From assembly GCF_000497125.1 (NCBI RefSeq), contig NC_090601.1:1116001-1180000 (forward strand): a stretch of DNA of 64,000 nt, read 5' to 3'. Position numbers and translations under genes: made by a program. Under the pieces are notes generated by a model. It had not been told where the DNA came from. It saw nothing but the letters and a program-made list of their open reading frames with translations, and made no database searches. Shown here one piece after another: positions 1-14,237 of this stretch (its first letter is position 1; each line of letters begins with the position of its first letter). This DNA is from Spironucleus salmonicida (lineage: Eukaryota).

Positions 1-2
1 AT

Positions 3-1406
3 TTTTGTTTATAAGTTATGTCTTCCTTATTCATTACTAGTTAAAACGCTTATATTTAACTTTAATTATTACCACAATGTATTAATAGCAGCGTTCATTT
101 AAAATTATATATAAATGATGATCCATATTTAGTGTATGCATAGAATAAAGGTGTTACTTAAAATATTTCAGTAAAAATTATAGAATATAATCCTTTATTT
201 ATACATTATGCTAAATTAGAGCTTATTGATGAGTAACATGAACATGTTATAATCATAAATAAAATTAGGTATGCACATAACCTTGCTCAATCCTGTTTAA
301 ATTTTACTGATATAAAGATATCATCGACATAGGGAATGCTTGCATTTTATTTTAAAAGTCATACTTGTGCTAATGAAGTTATAATTAGTAAAATTTTTAC
401 GCATTTTATACTAGATGATGGTTAAATTATGACTGATCTAAAATTAGCAAATCAGTTATAGGTAGGATAAATATCTAGTTTTTCTTGTAAATTACGTACT
501 ATTCCAGATTTAAGTATTTAATAAAGAGTTGTTTTTCATTGTTGCTAGTCTAATTTCACTTGCTATCAAATAGAAAAGAATATTTTAGAGTTAAAAAGTA
601 ATTAAGTTAATTTAGATATTGTATTTCAGATAAATCAACCAAATAATTAAGTATTCTTTTCAAATATCAAGTACAATAATGTTTTCTTAAACGGCTTTAA
701 TGAAGTTTAAGTACAGAGTTCGAAATTTGTTATTGATGATATGTATTTTATCGCATCATTTTTATTATAAAATCCTGTTGGAGAAATAAATAATTATTTA
801 GTGGAAATTTAATTTTATAATGTTACTTTATAGCTTACGTATTTATATTCTTAAGATTATTTTATCTTAGAGTGCGTAGAACTAGAAAGCATTAACGAAT
901 ACACTTAGTGTGTTGAGGATATAAAATATTCTAAAAATATTCTAAATATTGATCCGACTTTTAATTTTGCTGTTACAATTTTCTTTAAAGATGTTAATAA
1001 TAAACTACTTTCTCGGTATTCAACTATTGCTTAAATTACTGAAATCTCACATACAGTATTGGATAAACATTATTTTCACAATGGTATATTCTATATTTTT
1101 ACAACAAAATTTGTTGGATATGATATATAAGCTACAATGATTGGTGATATTAATTAATCAGTTACATTTTATGGTCGTGAGAAAAATAAATATTCATATA
1201 TCAATAAAAATATTTCTAAACTTAACAATAAATATGATGATATAATCTTCATTATCTAAGTCTAAGAAGAAGGAATTTAGATATAAACTAGATATTTGCT
1301 TCATTTTAATATTGAACCGAAATTGTGTTCGCCATTTATTATTTATTTTCCAATTACCCTATTAATGTTAGCTTTGTCCTGTTTTTTCCTGTAACCAAAC
1401 CATGAT
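3..1406 (+). CDS. Hypothetical membrane protein, 5'-partial (C-terminal TM helix)
   Basis: Frame open from the window edge to TGA at 1404-1406 when TAA/TAG are read as Gln; ends in hydrophobic FIIYFPITLLMLALSCFFL. Confidence 0.65.
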
Positions 1407-2259
1407 TAATTTTCAGAAGTATTATTTACTTGATTTTTTAATAATAAATTATCATAAAATGAAGTTCTAATTAGATTTGGAGCATTACTATTAAGAAATA
1501 TATCAAATTTAATTATTTTGATCAGTTTCCTAGTTATAAAAGGTTTATCTAAACATCTGATAAAAAATTAATTTGATAGTCTAAACTGATTTTTAATATA
1601 TCACTTTATTTACTTTAGATTATGATGTCTAATTCATATTGGGTGAGTTTTTATTTTCTATTTAAACTTAGTATCAAATAATTATTAGTCTTTATAATAA
1701 GACTTCATTAGTACCTTTAGGATTGGAAAATATTATGTATAGTGGTATCATTTCAAAATAAATTTGTCATCTTAATAAGTAGCAGAAGTAGATTAAACTC
1801 ATTATAATCTGTATTCCTAATAATAAATTTTAGGAGAATTATTTAAAATAAACATAATTATTTTAGAATAAAGTGTATCATTTAAAGTTAGATTTATTAA
1901 TTAAATCATAATAATTCTATATAATATGATTGCTACTGTTTCATGATGATAGTTGTAAATCAAAAACTTCTTGCTTAAATATATGTGCTAAGAATACCTC
2001 AATATTAATAATAGATGTAATATGTATTATTAAGTATCAATCATTCATATCTGATTAATATTTTTATAATAAACCTAATATAATGGTTTTAATGACGATA
2101 ATCTAAATTATTTGAAGTTTATATAAAAATAACTGGATTAAAATTAATATTTTAATAATATTTAAACATTAAAAAATTACCTAAGCCTCTATTTGCTTTT
2201 TAACTATAAAAAATATTACATGTAATAAGTAAATTTGTGATGAAATTTATAAAGAGTCG

Positions 2260-3840
2260 TCATTAATTTGCCTTAACTGCAATGATTATAGTTACTATCA
2301 CAACAATTATTAGAACTGATCCAAATACCAGGCATAATGTCAATTTCAAAGCATTAAATGAATCAATTTCACAAAAATAGCTATATTGAGAATCATAAAT
2401 ATTATTAATTAACATTAAAGGTCTAAATGAGATCTTTAAATTCTTAATAAAAGCATTTTATCGATTATAATAGTCCCCATGATAAAATAGATATATTGAA
2501 CTATCTGTTTCATTTTTTCTATTAAGGCAAGTCTTGTAATATATAACAGATTCGAATTATAAATGATATTCATATGATTAGTACGTTTGTCTACTGGCAT
2601 ACGATGAATCTACCTAAAGCACTTATTATATCTTTGTTATTATATTTTTAGAATACAGTTATATGCAACGTTCAGATTAAACTGGGAAAAACACCACGCA
2701 CGTATCACTATATGATACCAAAGTCATAAATTTATAAAAACAAGATAATACAGCTGGATAATATTTACCCTCCTCCCTTATGATTGAACCATCTGCAGCA
2801 ATTAGTGTCACAAATACAAGAATTGTGGTCGCAGTTGAATCAGTTAAAATTGACTCATTAGTATTCTTAAACATAAAAAGAATACCTCCTGTATTGACAA
2901 TTGTTTCAAAATCCGCTTAATCTATATATTGCTTACTCGTAAAAATAGCACTAGAATTGACCACAGAAGCTCCTTTTTAACATGTGTTAAGTGATGAAAG
3001 ATTCCCAACGATTTATAGTGTTTAACTTGTTATTGATCCAAATCCATCTATTGCAGTTTAACACTCCATACTTTACGAGCTGATGTTCCGAATGTAGCTG
3101 AAGATTTACTGCTCTAGGCTGGATCCTGGCTGTGTGAAATGCATAGACAGCCGTATTTGCATTTGCCTGTCTGCGGTAAACTCTGTAAAGAATGTATCAA
3201 TCTGCTTTTGTATTTCTGCCGTTGAGTCAGAAAAATTAAGTCGGTAGAACTTTGTGGACAGGTGCACGAATGGCAGTTTGTAGCCTTCGTAGTCGGCTGG
3301 TGCGGGATCTAAGGGGGCGATTGCAATCTGCTTCCACTGGGACCCCACTTAATATTGCAGACTTACGGTTGGATCCGTGATCAAGCAATCATTGGGGGTG
3401 CCTGACAGGTTCAGGTAGGACGTTTTCCCGCTCCTCGAGTAGTTTAAGCTAAGATCGCTCCAGCAATTTGACGTGTTGACGAGCGTGTTGGTTATTAGGG
3501 AAAACTAGCCGGGAACTTCTAGCTATTCTTGCAGTAGCATGGTGTAGGAGATTATGGTCAGTTTCGTCATTATACTAAATACACCAGCAGGAATTTTATC
3601 AAAATAAATGGTTAAAGATCCCTCGGAAAAATACTAAAATTCTGTCTCTATGGATTTTGTTGATCCAGCATCAATATAATTTAGTTTAGCCTTAGAAAGT
3701 GTGTTATTGAATGCTACGCATTTAATGGGAGCAGGTACCATATTGCTAATTTATATTATGTACTGTGACTTTTACATAGTAGCTATCAAAGTTGAATTGC
3801 TATGGAAGCATTATGTAACTTCAAATAAGACTAGGAGCAT
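2260..3840 (-). CDS. Type I membrane/surface protein, 526 aa; paralog of 12638-14218
   Basis: Code-6 ORF MLLVLFEVTQCFHSNSTL...; start chosen by homology; same length (1581 nt) as and colinear with the 12638-14218 gene; C-terminal hydrophobic helix. Confidence 0.8.
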
Positions 3841-4006
3841 TTTGCAATATAGATCAATATAAAACTTAATCTTCTAATAATCTTCTCGATAAATTGATAT
3901 TTCCATTTTGCTTTCTCATCGTTAATTAACACTTTCTAAATTAATGATATTGCATTTTTGCAAAATCAAAAATCAAAATACATTTAATTATATATAATTC
4001 ACATTT

Positions 4007-4986
4007 ATGGAAACAGTTTCTAGCATATAACTAAAAACTTCTAAGAAACGCGCATCCAGACTTGACGAATAGCACATGCAGAGCACACCAAAAAGCCTAT
4101 TTTGTGTCTAAATACGCAAATCCGCACATTCAAGTACTCGCTGCAGCAAGCACACCAAAATTACTCTACTGCGCTCATCGTTTTCCGGAGCGGAAATCGT
4201 GAATTTCCTGGAAACCGCTCTGCATTTTGGGACGTTTTTGGCGGCTGGGATTTTGCGATTTCTGGCGTCTTGTTTTACTTCCTCGAGAAGAGAGTCAAGC
4301 GGCCGAATTTTCCTCGATTATGACTCGATTTTGCCCCTGCGAAACCCGCTCTCGGACGTTCTCATTACCACCACGCTGAATTTCACTAATTCGCTATCGC
4401 TTCAGAATCTGTGGAATCAGATTCTGACTTTTGTGGCGTTTCCGGCTCTGCTTTTGGCGTTATTAGCACCTTTATCAACAACTACATGTCGCGGTCGATA
4501 GTTACGCGGTATTTGATGCCGATAGTGCAGCTCGTTTTGCTCGTCCAAATGGCCGTATTCGCAGGGGTGTTCTAGCACAAATACGGGGCTTTAGTCATGT
4601 TCTTCGCGTACATTTTCTTCTCGGTGTGGGTGCAGCAGCATACTTTCGGGCTGCTTCTCACATGCGCCCCAAGGTCTCTTTCCCAGTACGTTTGTGGATT
4701 TCCGGCGCTATCTAGAACCTTTGGCAGCTCTCTCGCCGGGAGTCTGAACCAGAGCATCTTCGCGATCGTAGGAGCAATCATACCAAATGACGATTCCAAA
4801 AAGTTCATCGTCAGCGTGATTTCTGTGGTGGTTTTTCAGATGGTCCTGGTGGTTTTGACTGTTCTAATATCCTTCATGCGCTTCGGAAATCACGAGGATG
4901 AGGCGCACAAGAAGGGCTACCAGAAGCACAAGGTCAGAAAACTGAAATTTATCGAGGAATCGCATCATTCTGCAAGTGAAGTTTGA
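4007..4986 (+). pseudogene. Multi-TM transporter-like (MFS-like) gene with apparent frameshift(s)
   Basis: Frame from ATG 4007 stops at TGA 4514-4516; the hydrophobic multi-helix reading continues in another frame from about 4441 (GSAFGVISTFINNYM...) to TGA 4984-4986. Confidence 0.4.
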
Positions 4987-5980
4987 GGTAAATTATTCAT
5001 TTTAGCGATTAAAGGCGGTTTTCTATTTAAAAAATTATGTTTAAACTGTATTTCGCGATAATGTAGGTTAAGAGTAGCATATTTTTCAAACTACGTAGTA
5101 TCTACTTTAAATGGTACGTATCACCTTTGTTAGTGGCCTAAGTATAACTAGACAAAGGCTAAGCTCGGTGTGTAAGCGAAATTATGCAAATCATATTTCA
5201 GCACATGTTAGACGATTCCCAGCGTAACCTAGCAGTAAAACCAAAAACTATCTATGCAGGCTATAAAACTGGGTTGCTTGGCAGTGGGATTTTACTATTA
5301 AATAGTAAAACTGCAAAGTTCTATCTTCGCTAGAACCTATTAAATATCGGTCTTTGGAAATCTTAAGGATCAAAATTAACATTTACTTTTCGAAGAGGAA
5401 CCTGTTTATTTGGATATTTTAAAATAAATAATATTTGGTAACTAAACAGTCTTAATATAAGGTTTATCTTGGTGCAGTTTTGACAGTACAAAAGCAATAG
5501 TGGAAATCAGCTGTAACGTAAAACCTAGGACTACTAAAGTACAAAATTGTTATGCAGTCAGAGCCTAGTTAGTATAACAAGCTATCTAGCTTACTCGTAT
5601 CGCTACCTGCATACGTAAACTAAACTGCTGGATTAGCAAGAATAATTTCCAGGTACGTATGCAATTGCTGCTATCTGGGATTGCTAAGTAATTGGGCTAT
5701 CAGAGGTATACCTTATTCCCCCTATAGTACCTTGAATCTTATGCCTATCTAAATGAGTAGCTGTGGCAAAATCGAGCTATCTTGGCTTAATTTGCAAGAG
5801 GCATTTTCCAACTGTCACGTTAATTCTCGGCATATAATTGTATAATAATATGCAATTATATTTCCACTCCAAAAGATTTTAAATACCTCTTAGCTCCTTT
5901 CCCCTACTCCAGTGATCTTATATCCGCTTTTTATCCATTCAAGTTTTATTTTGTATGATATAAATGCAAAGTTATATAAA

Positions 5981-8400
5981 ATGCCCACTTCGTGCATCCC
6001 TAAAATTGCTTACTAGTCCGCTAAGCAAGTAGCTGTTTTGCCGTCCGAAACCTGCTCCGAATTTGGCAGGTAGACCACAGTCCAGGACTAGGCCTAAAAC
6101 GAGTCATTTCCGCAAGAAAATTGGCCAACTCATCTGCCACCTAATGAGCGCACGCCGTCCATTTTACCTGAAAATATAGTGGAGCCTCGAGTTCAAAATC
6201 AACTTTTTGCTCCTAATATTAAAGATCCCAGCAATTTCCAAAACTATGTCTTGGACTAAGACGCTGTAATTTGCGAGTTGGAAAGCGTCTACAAAGTAGC
6301 GCTTTAGAGCAAGGGTTCGCTACAGTCATTTCGGGTAAATGGAGCGGTTTTGCTACCTAGCTAGAAGTGCTCACTCAGCGACTAAAAGGCGCCTTAGCCG
6401 CATCTGATATAGCCTGTGTGCCTTGTTCTCAGCGATAAATAACTCAATTCCGTACCAATTCAGCTCCTACGCTGCTGCTAACAAGTCCAATAAACCGATC
6501 CAAGTTCAGGCAATTCTTAGGGAGCTTTGAAAAATGCAAGTTGCCGACCAGAAGTTTACTTATATCAGTTACAGTATTTGGGCCTCAGAAGCTGGGAAAC
6601 GACTAGAATTTGTGCGATTTGGCACTTGTTATTGACTAGAATCAGAACTGCCCCTCAGCGCAAGAGGACCATAAATCGGACGTTAAATCGTCGATAAAAA
6701 GCTTTAAAACGGCGTTTTAGGGGAAAATATGCATAAGCGCTAAAATCGGCAAGCTGGAACTGAAGAAGCCTTAAAAAGCGGCTGGCGCGTGTTTAGAGCA
6801 ACTTAGCTTGGTAGATGCGACGGTTTAGATGCTGTAGGTGTGGAGCGGTATTGCGATAAATAGCGTTGTCATAGAAAATAGCAGCATAGTAGGCGCGAGG
6901 CAGACAAGTGGGGTTGCGCTTGCTGACGGGTTTGCGGGGCTGAGCCAGGCTAAGAACCTACGCAAGCTGGTGCTCCACCGGCAAAGCTCAATTGAATTCC
7001 CCGACCGTGACTGCACCATCAAGAACCTCATAATAGGCAATAATACCGACTTTTTAGAGGAGCTTTCGATCAGGCTTTACAAAATCGAAAATCTGGAAAT
7101 TAGCTGTCCGGTGTTAAACTACAGGTTCAGCAAAGGGAACGTTACCAAGTACTCTTACAGCCATCCTGGTAGATTTATCTCCATTTACGTTGAATACGAG
7201 AACTCTTGCTCCGGATATGCGCAATGGGAACGTATAGAAATCTTGGAACATTATAGATACATCGTCGACTGCAGTTTTGCTTCGTATGATTTGTCGAAAT
7301 TCAGCATAATATCGGTGCCTATCACTGTTATTTAGGTTATGAGGCTGCATAATCTTCTTTGCAGGCGGGATTTCGCCGAAATTTGCATGTAAAACATCTA
7401 CATCCTTAGAGTTCCTGAGAATCTGATAGGCAAGAAGTTGCATACCTTCCATTAGATTGAAAATCTCTCATTATCAAACGACGAAATTAATAATAAATTA
7501 CATGTAATCACAGATATTACAGCCAACATGCCGATCCCGAAAAATACAAAATCCCTAGTTATACAAACTAAATCCTATTTAAAGCTAGAGTTACAGGAGA
7601 AGTATAGTATTACTACCTTAATCTACGAAAACTCGCCGATAGCTGAAATTAGCAATGCTATTCATGTTAAGAATCTAACGGCTATTGGAGTAGATATTTA
7701 TGTCTATTTGCTGTCAAACTTTTATAATTTGTGCATTAAGGATTCCAAAATTGAAAATTTCGCTATTTAGAAGACCGGAAATCTGCAGCTTAAAACGCTA
7801 CAGATAGAAGACTGCAGCTTTCTAGAGGAATTAAGAGAAAGCCTCTTCGACCTCTTACAGCACACACATAATATTGAGTCCCTCTTCATTTCTGAAAAAG
7901 CATCCAATTCTGTACCTTTGCAGCTGTTCCTCCACCCAAACATCAAGTCAGTAACCCTGCGTAACCTGGCAATCGAAAAACTCGAGTTTTCTGATCTGCG
8001 GAATCTCTCATTTCTCTCCGTTTCCTCAGCTATAATTCTAAACCCCCTGGTGCAGAAGTTCACTCGCCTTCTCTAAACCCGGTCTCTTGGCTCTCTGCGC
8101 CTAGAAAACCTGAAACTGGGTCTCATAGGCGAAGATAGCTAATTAGCCGCGTGCAGTATGCAGCTAAAATGCCTCATTCTGCGCCGCAGCGTCGATTACT
8201 GGCTCAGAACAGGAATTAATGACGCTTTCTTGATAGGCAGCGACAAATTCTACACGACGCCGACACCGTCGTGCGAGACTGAAGTTTCCGCAGAATTCGG
8301 TCGAAATTTGGAGACTTTGGCACGCCTGCCAAGGGCTTTGGAGCGCTATACGATGATCGCGAAGATAAATTTGATAGGAAAGCAAACGGTTGGCGAGTGA
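5981..8400 (+). CDS. Leucine-rich-repeat-like protein; apparent frameshift in the 5' third
   Basis: One frame open 6148-8400 in code 6 with LxxLxL-type motifs (NLRKLVLH, QLKTLQIEDC, NLSFLSVS); ATG 5981 is in a different frame that stops near 6760. Confidence 0.5.
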
Positions 8401-9562
8401 GCAATTTGGAGAAGTATTAAATAGTTATAGCACAGGCAGAACGAGAGATTGGATTTTGCTGTAAAACTTGCTGCTGGGAAAATTCGGTAGAGAATCTAAT
8501 TTTATTTTTATATCAGTTGAGATGATTTGGATAACTGTAGTTCTTTTCTATGTGGTAATTCAGAGAGAAAATTGGCGCCAAACGGTGTAAGTTGAAAGGG
8601 TCGTATGGGTATGAGTTTCCGAGGCTTAGATTTGGAGTGTGTATCTGGTGCTAGCCGGTTAGCAAGAATGTGGGAAATTAGGCTAAGTCTCAGCTAGTTA
8701 AACGATTTACATTGATGGGTTAAGGTAAAAGTGTAGTGAATGATAGTATATATAAATAGCATATTTATCACATTTGATGGTGCAGTGGGAAGAATTCCAG
8801 GCCAAATTACATAAAATTTTGGTATTTTATCGGAATTAATGCGATTGGCCTATTTGATAAAGGAAATTATGTGGCAATAGTAAATAATTAATATCGTAGA
8901 ACGCAGTATGTAGAGACGTTTTTATATTCCAGATTTATCCTCATATTTAGTATGGGTGCATCTATTATCATTTTGCATATGGTTAGATTTTAATTAGTCA
9001 TCTCGCATTCTATATCAAAGTGATTTCATTTATAATGTATTTTAGGAAACATTATTATATGGTAGATACCATATAATTCTAAGCAATAAATTGAGAATCA
9101 TCCAAAATGTACATATTCATTACAGCATTTGGAATATTTTATAATCAAAGCAATATAACTTTTGATATACTAATTAACTTAATCCTTATAATTATCATCT
9201 TAGCTAGCGATAGGTTTTAGTGTACATAAAGCTTAAAAAAATTAATTCCATATTATTTATTTAGGTGCCTACATGACTATTATAATAATGTATACAAGCA
9301 TTTCAAAGTGTCAAAATATTTAAATTGATGTATAGCGATTTAAGTTAATATCATATATCATGGGAATTAGTTTCTTTACTTGCTTTACCTGTACAATTTA
9401 AAAACCCACATTTTATTTATAATATCTAATAAAATGTAAGAGTTATTACTAAAGGTGTGATTGTGCGATACAACTAGAATATTCGATTCGTTAACACCGA
9501 ATAGTCATTGTTAAATATAAGCCTGGGCCTCATGACCTGCTGCCGCCCGCCGGAGGAGAAGG

Positions 9563-10735
9563 TCATTGTGATGGGCGCGCCGACCCTGTATAACTATTTA
9601 ATCTGGCGCGTGCATTCAAAGCCGGGCACTGCACGCACACGGCAAGCTGGTCCATCTGGTACGCGAGGGTTTTGGCCAGGACCAAGTCGCCGATCTGGAT
9701 GGTGAACTCGGTGGGCTGCGGCTCCAGGTAGGGGCACTGCCGGGAGAAGGCGTTCCGGATGAAGTTCCCGCAGACCTCGCCGGTGTTAAAAGTGGCGAGT
9801 ATCGAGGACCAGCAGGTATTTTCGACAGAGGTTATCCGCGTGGAGGAGTACAAGTATGCCGTATCGGCCTGGTCATAGAAGTAGTAATGCACCAGTATGT
9901 CGACCTCCAGCAGATTCATGTTCTGAAGCACTCCGATCAGCCGAGAGCACTCCCCGCCATCGGTGGAGTCGTCGCACGTGATGCCTCGGTCAATGGCCGC
10001 GAAGTCAAAGTCGTTAGCCGCGAAGAACAGATTGTCAATCGTCCGCGCTGTGATCACGCTGAATATCTAATACCGCAGCCTTATGCGGCGCATTTGCGGC
10101 ATGTACAGGGCGTTCAGCTCCGCAGCATTCGCGAGGCCGTCGCCAAGGATGTTAAACTGCCCCGCCCAAACCGTAAAAATGGCGCTGGCGTACATCGTGT
10201 CTAGCTGCGCGCTCTGGATCATGCTGATGGCCGCGAGCTTCACAATGGTGGTGGTGTCCAGCTTTATGTAGAACCGCACCTTCAGCTGGTTAAAGTTCTC
10301 GAGCACCCATCTCGAAAAGTCGTAGCTTACGGTGATCTGCACCAGGCTCCCTGCCGCGCTTTCGGTGTAGACAGGGTCCCCCGCCCCGTCCTGCCCGCTG
10401 ACGCCCAGCTCTACAATGTCGCCAGCCAGGCCGAAAAACTGGAACGCGAAATGCTCTATGGCCCTGTCTGAGTTGGGGCACTCCCCGGCCAGATGGAGCG
10501 CAACGACGGCCTTGTCCGCCTGCCAAAATATCTCGTTCCGCGCGCTGTCGTAGCAGCCCGAGGTGGCCGGGTGCGCGATGAGGATCTGCCCCACCGGCAG
10601 GGTCGTCATCCGGGTCAGGGACTTGATGCAGATGTTGGCAGCCAGCGCCTCCTGGATGAATTGGCAGGTGGAGTCCGACCCGATGGCCGGGCACGAGTAG
10701 CAGAGGCGGGCGTCGTCCCTGTAGTTGTAGTTCAT
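9563..10735 (-). pseudogene. GC-rich Cys-containing surface-protein-like gene, disrupted at both ends
   Basis: 391-codon code-6 ORF joining ORFs 10067-10846 and 9563-10057; upstream protein-like sequence (VIFDSDPSPECEQLPQGIYLDIQVSNFPDSVIR) is out of frame and preceded by TGA; another shift near 9600. Confidence 0.55.
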
Positions 10736-12637
10736 AATCTGGCCCGGATGACGCTGTCTGGGAAGTTGGAAACCTGAATGTCCAGGTAAATCCCCTGCGG
10801 CAGTTGCTCGCACTCGGGGCTGGGATCCGAGTCGAAGATTACTCACCTCTGACCGGCAGCAAGGTTAACGTAAATAATCTTGTTCCTTTTGTAGCAGTTA
10901 CTAAGTGGCTCTGAGATTAAAATAAATGAATTATCGTCAGGTTTAACATATTTTAGCAACATTGCGTTTATAATTTTTGACAGCATATCTTACATATTAG
11001 TACTAAATTTCTATATTATGGATGTTAATTGACAAGTTATAAAGATTTGTGCGAATTTTTTACGAATACATTACATGTAACGCGCATTATTAAATAATTT
11101 TCAAATATTTAATCTTGTATGTAAAATGGTATTTAGATGGTTATTATCGACAATTTAAGTAGCTATTAGTTCAGCTTAGAAAATCTATAATTTATAATAT
11201 ATTACCTCTGACAAAAAGGAATCTATCATTAAATAAACATACAACATGATATTGTATTGGTATCTGAGAATTAATATATAAAAATTAGATTCTCAGTAAG
11301 TAGTATAATAATACTTGGTGGAGCTCTATTAGTCTTACTATATACTATTCAAGGCTACAATACAGTTTTAGCACGACTACTTTAAGAATTGAATAATTTG
11401 AATGTAAATAGGTTACGCCATCTAGTTTCGTTGTGTGACCTTCTAAAACATACTCACTAATTAAAAATAGTAATTGAAAATAGTTAGGCAGTCTTACTAT
11501 GGTATATTTAGATATCTAAAAAAATAAATGTATAATAGTCATTAAGAACGCAATATTCAGCTGGCCGAATATGCATGCAATAAAATCTGCTTCATATAAT
11601 ATGGGTATACTTGGAAAAAAATGAAACCGTAACAGCGATATTTTGCATTAAGTAAACTGCCCCGATACGTTAGCTAACTGAATTTTGCTATATATGTCAT
11701 GATGTGTTATAATGGCCTTACTTAACTTATAAGAAATTTAGATTTAATAATATGAATTGCTAATTCTTGTTATATTTCTCTTATCTAAAATTTAATAGTA
11801 ATGAACATTATTTTCATTACTAACAGCATTTTTGTATTCATACTATTTAATTTTAGTAAAGGTTTGGTTATTTCATCCAATATTACCAAATTTTTTGTAA
11901 CTTAAACATTATATAATTATTCGTGTAAATCGAATTATGATGGAGTCATATTTAAATTATGAAATTTCCTACCTGGATAAACTTCGTTTTCTCCTGTCCA
12001 GATGAACATTTTGTACTTTTAATAAAAATAATAACAATATATACCTTGAATCAATATATTACTCTATAGAATTTTTATATAGTTCAACCTTTTTATATAT
12101 GTTATCATAAGTTAGTCAAAATATACTTAAACTGTCATCCTATAATTTTTAATTATTTTGTTGTACGTTTATAAGTGTTGCTTCTTTAGATGTTATGTAA
12201 TTAACTACAATAATCTAAGATTTTATTTCACACTCGTTTAAAACTATACAATATCAAATTTAACAAAAAACTTTATACATAAGATTAGAAATTATTATTT
12301 TTATGTTATGGTTTAAATTAATGACACAATCAAAAAATATCAATAATCAGTTGTAGACAAAATTATCGAATTACAAAATTATAGAATATTTTTAACGTAA
12401 AATTATATTATTTAAATATAATATTATAGAATAAATAAAATTATACATTATATTATATAATTCCTTCATCAAGTATTATGGTATATATAAAATAAATTAA
12501 TTTTAAAAATATCAAATTTACGATACACAGAAAATAACCAATATTATAAACTAATTAATTTCAAATAGAAAAACACTTAAAAATAATTTTTAATTACTAG
12601 CTAAAATTAAACTAGAATTAATAGCACTCATTTTCAA

Positions 12638-14218
12638 ATGCTGATTGTGCTATCTGGACTGACACAATGCTTCTACTCTAATTCAACTTTAATAGGAGTG
12701 ATGCAAAAGAAGTAATATGAGATCACAATTACGAACTTAGATCCATCGCCTATTAAATGTCAAGCTTTCAACAATAGTCTTTCAATAGCTAAACTAAATT
12801 ATGTTGATGCTAGAACAACAAAATCAATAGAGACAGAATTTTAGTATTTTTCAAATGGTTCCTTAAAGATTTTGTTCGACAGCATCCCAGCAAAGGACTT
12901 TGACGTTATGAATAAACTGTCTATAATCTCCTACACCATGCTACTGCAAGAATAGCTAGAAGTTCCCGGCTAGTTTTCCCTAATAACCAACACGCTCGTC
13001 AACACGTCAAATTGCTGGAGCGATCTTAGCTTAAACTACTCGAGGAGCGGGACAACATCCTACCTGAACCTGTCAGGCACCCCCAACGACTGTCTCATTA
13101 ACGATCCTAAAATTTTCATTCAGTACCAGGTAAATGGCACGTGGAACTCGATTCCAATCGCCCCCTTAGATCCCGCACCAGCCGACTACGAAGGCTACAA
13201 ACTGCCATTCGTGCACCTGTCCACAAAGTTCTACCGACTTAATTTTTCTGACTCAACGGCAGAAATACAAAAGCAGATTGATACATTCTTTACAGAGTTT
13301 ACCGCAGACAGGCAAATGCAAATACGGCTGTCTATGCATTTCACACAGCCAGGATCCAGCCTAGAGCAGTAAATCTTCAGCTACATTCGGAACATCAGCT
13401 CGTAAAGTATGGAGTGTAACACCTAACTTGAAGCGTTTGGGGCAGTTTCGTCCGGCACGCTTTAAATTGTAGGTGATTTAACTGCATTCAACAGCTGCTA
13501 GGTTGGTACTGCCTTCGTTAACTCAAGTGCAATTTTTATGTACTAGCAAAATAATGACCGCCGGCCAATAAATGTAATTGCAAGCATGGGAGGTATTCTT
13601 TTTGTACTACCGTCTAAAAATGAATCTGTGCTGACTGACCCATCAGTTACAGACATTATCCTTTTCATTACTCTTATAAAAGAAGATGGTACAATACTGC
13701 GTGAGGAAGTAAAATACTACAAAGCAGTTCTATCATGCTTCTACAATTTCCTCACATTGGTATCTTATACGGATACATGCCTTATATTTTTCCCAGTGCA
13801 GTCAGAAAGATGTGTTGAATTATACTCACACAAAGTAAAAACACGCATTCAGTAAATCTTGTAACCAACTGCGGCATCTTCTAGCCGTTTGGTCCATTAG
13901 GTTTATGAATTTGTAATGCCCTTCGAATCAGTTAACTATTTCAAAACTTGCTTGAAAGGATAAAATACAACAAGAGATTCTACATACAAATTTTACCCTG
14001 GAGATTTTCCGTAGAGATAAGCCGGATTTGTTGATAATTTAGCTTCATCATTTCAGCCGCTAATAATCATTAACAATGACCAAGATTTTTAGTTTGCGTA
14101 CTTATGTTCGAATAATACATTTTAAAATGTATTACTTATCTTACTGTTAACATTTTTGGCTGTTGCTGTAGTCTTAGTAATTGCTGTCACTGTTATAACT
14201 GTTAAAATGCACTAGTGA
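12638..14218 (+). CDS. Type I membrane/surface protein, 526 aa; paralog of 2260-3840
   Basis: Code-6 ORF MLIVLSGLTQCFYSNSTL... ending in TM helix FLAVAVVLVIAVTVITV, then TAG TGA. Confidence 0.8.
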
Positions 14219-14237
14219 AGGAGTGAACTCAGAATTT

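Noticed and set aside
10739-10846. GTGAGT...CAG as an intron rescuing the GC-rich gene
   Set aside because: Removal does not join either plausible upstream frame, and the interval itself reads as coding sequence
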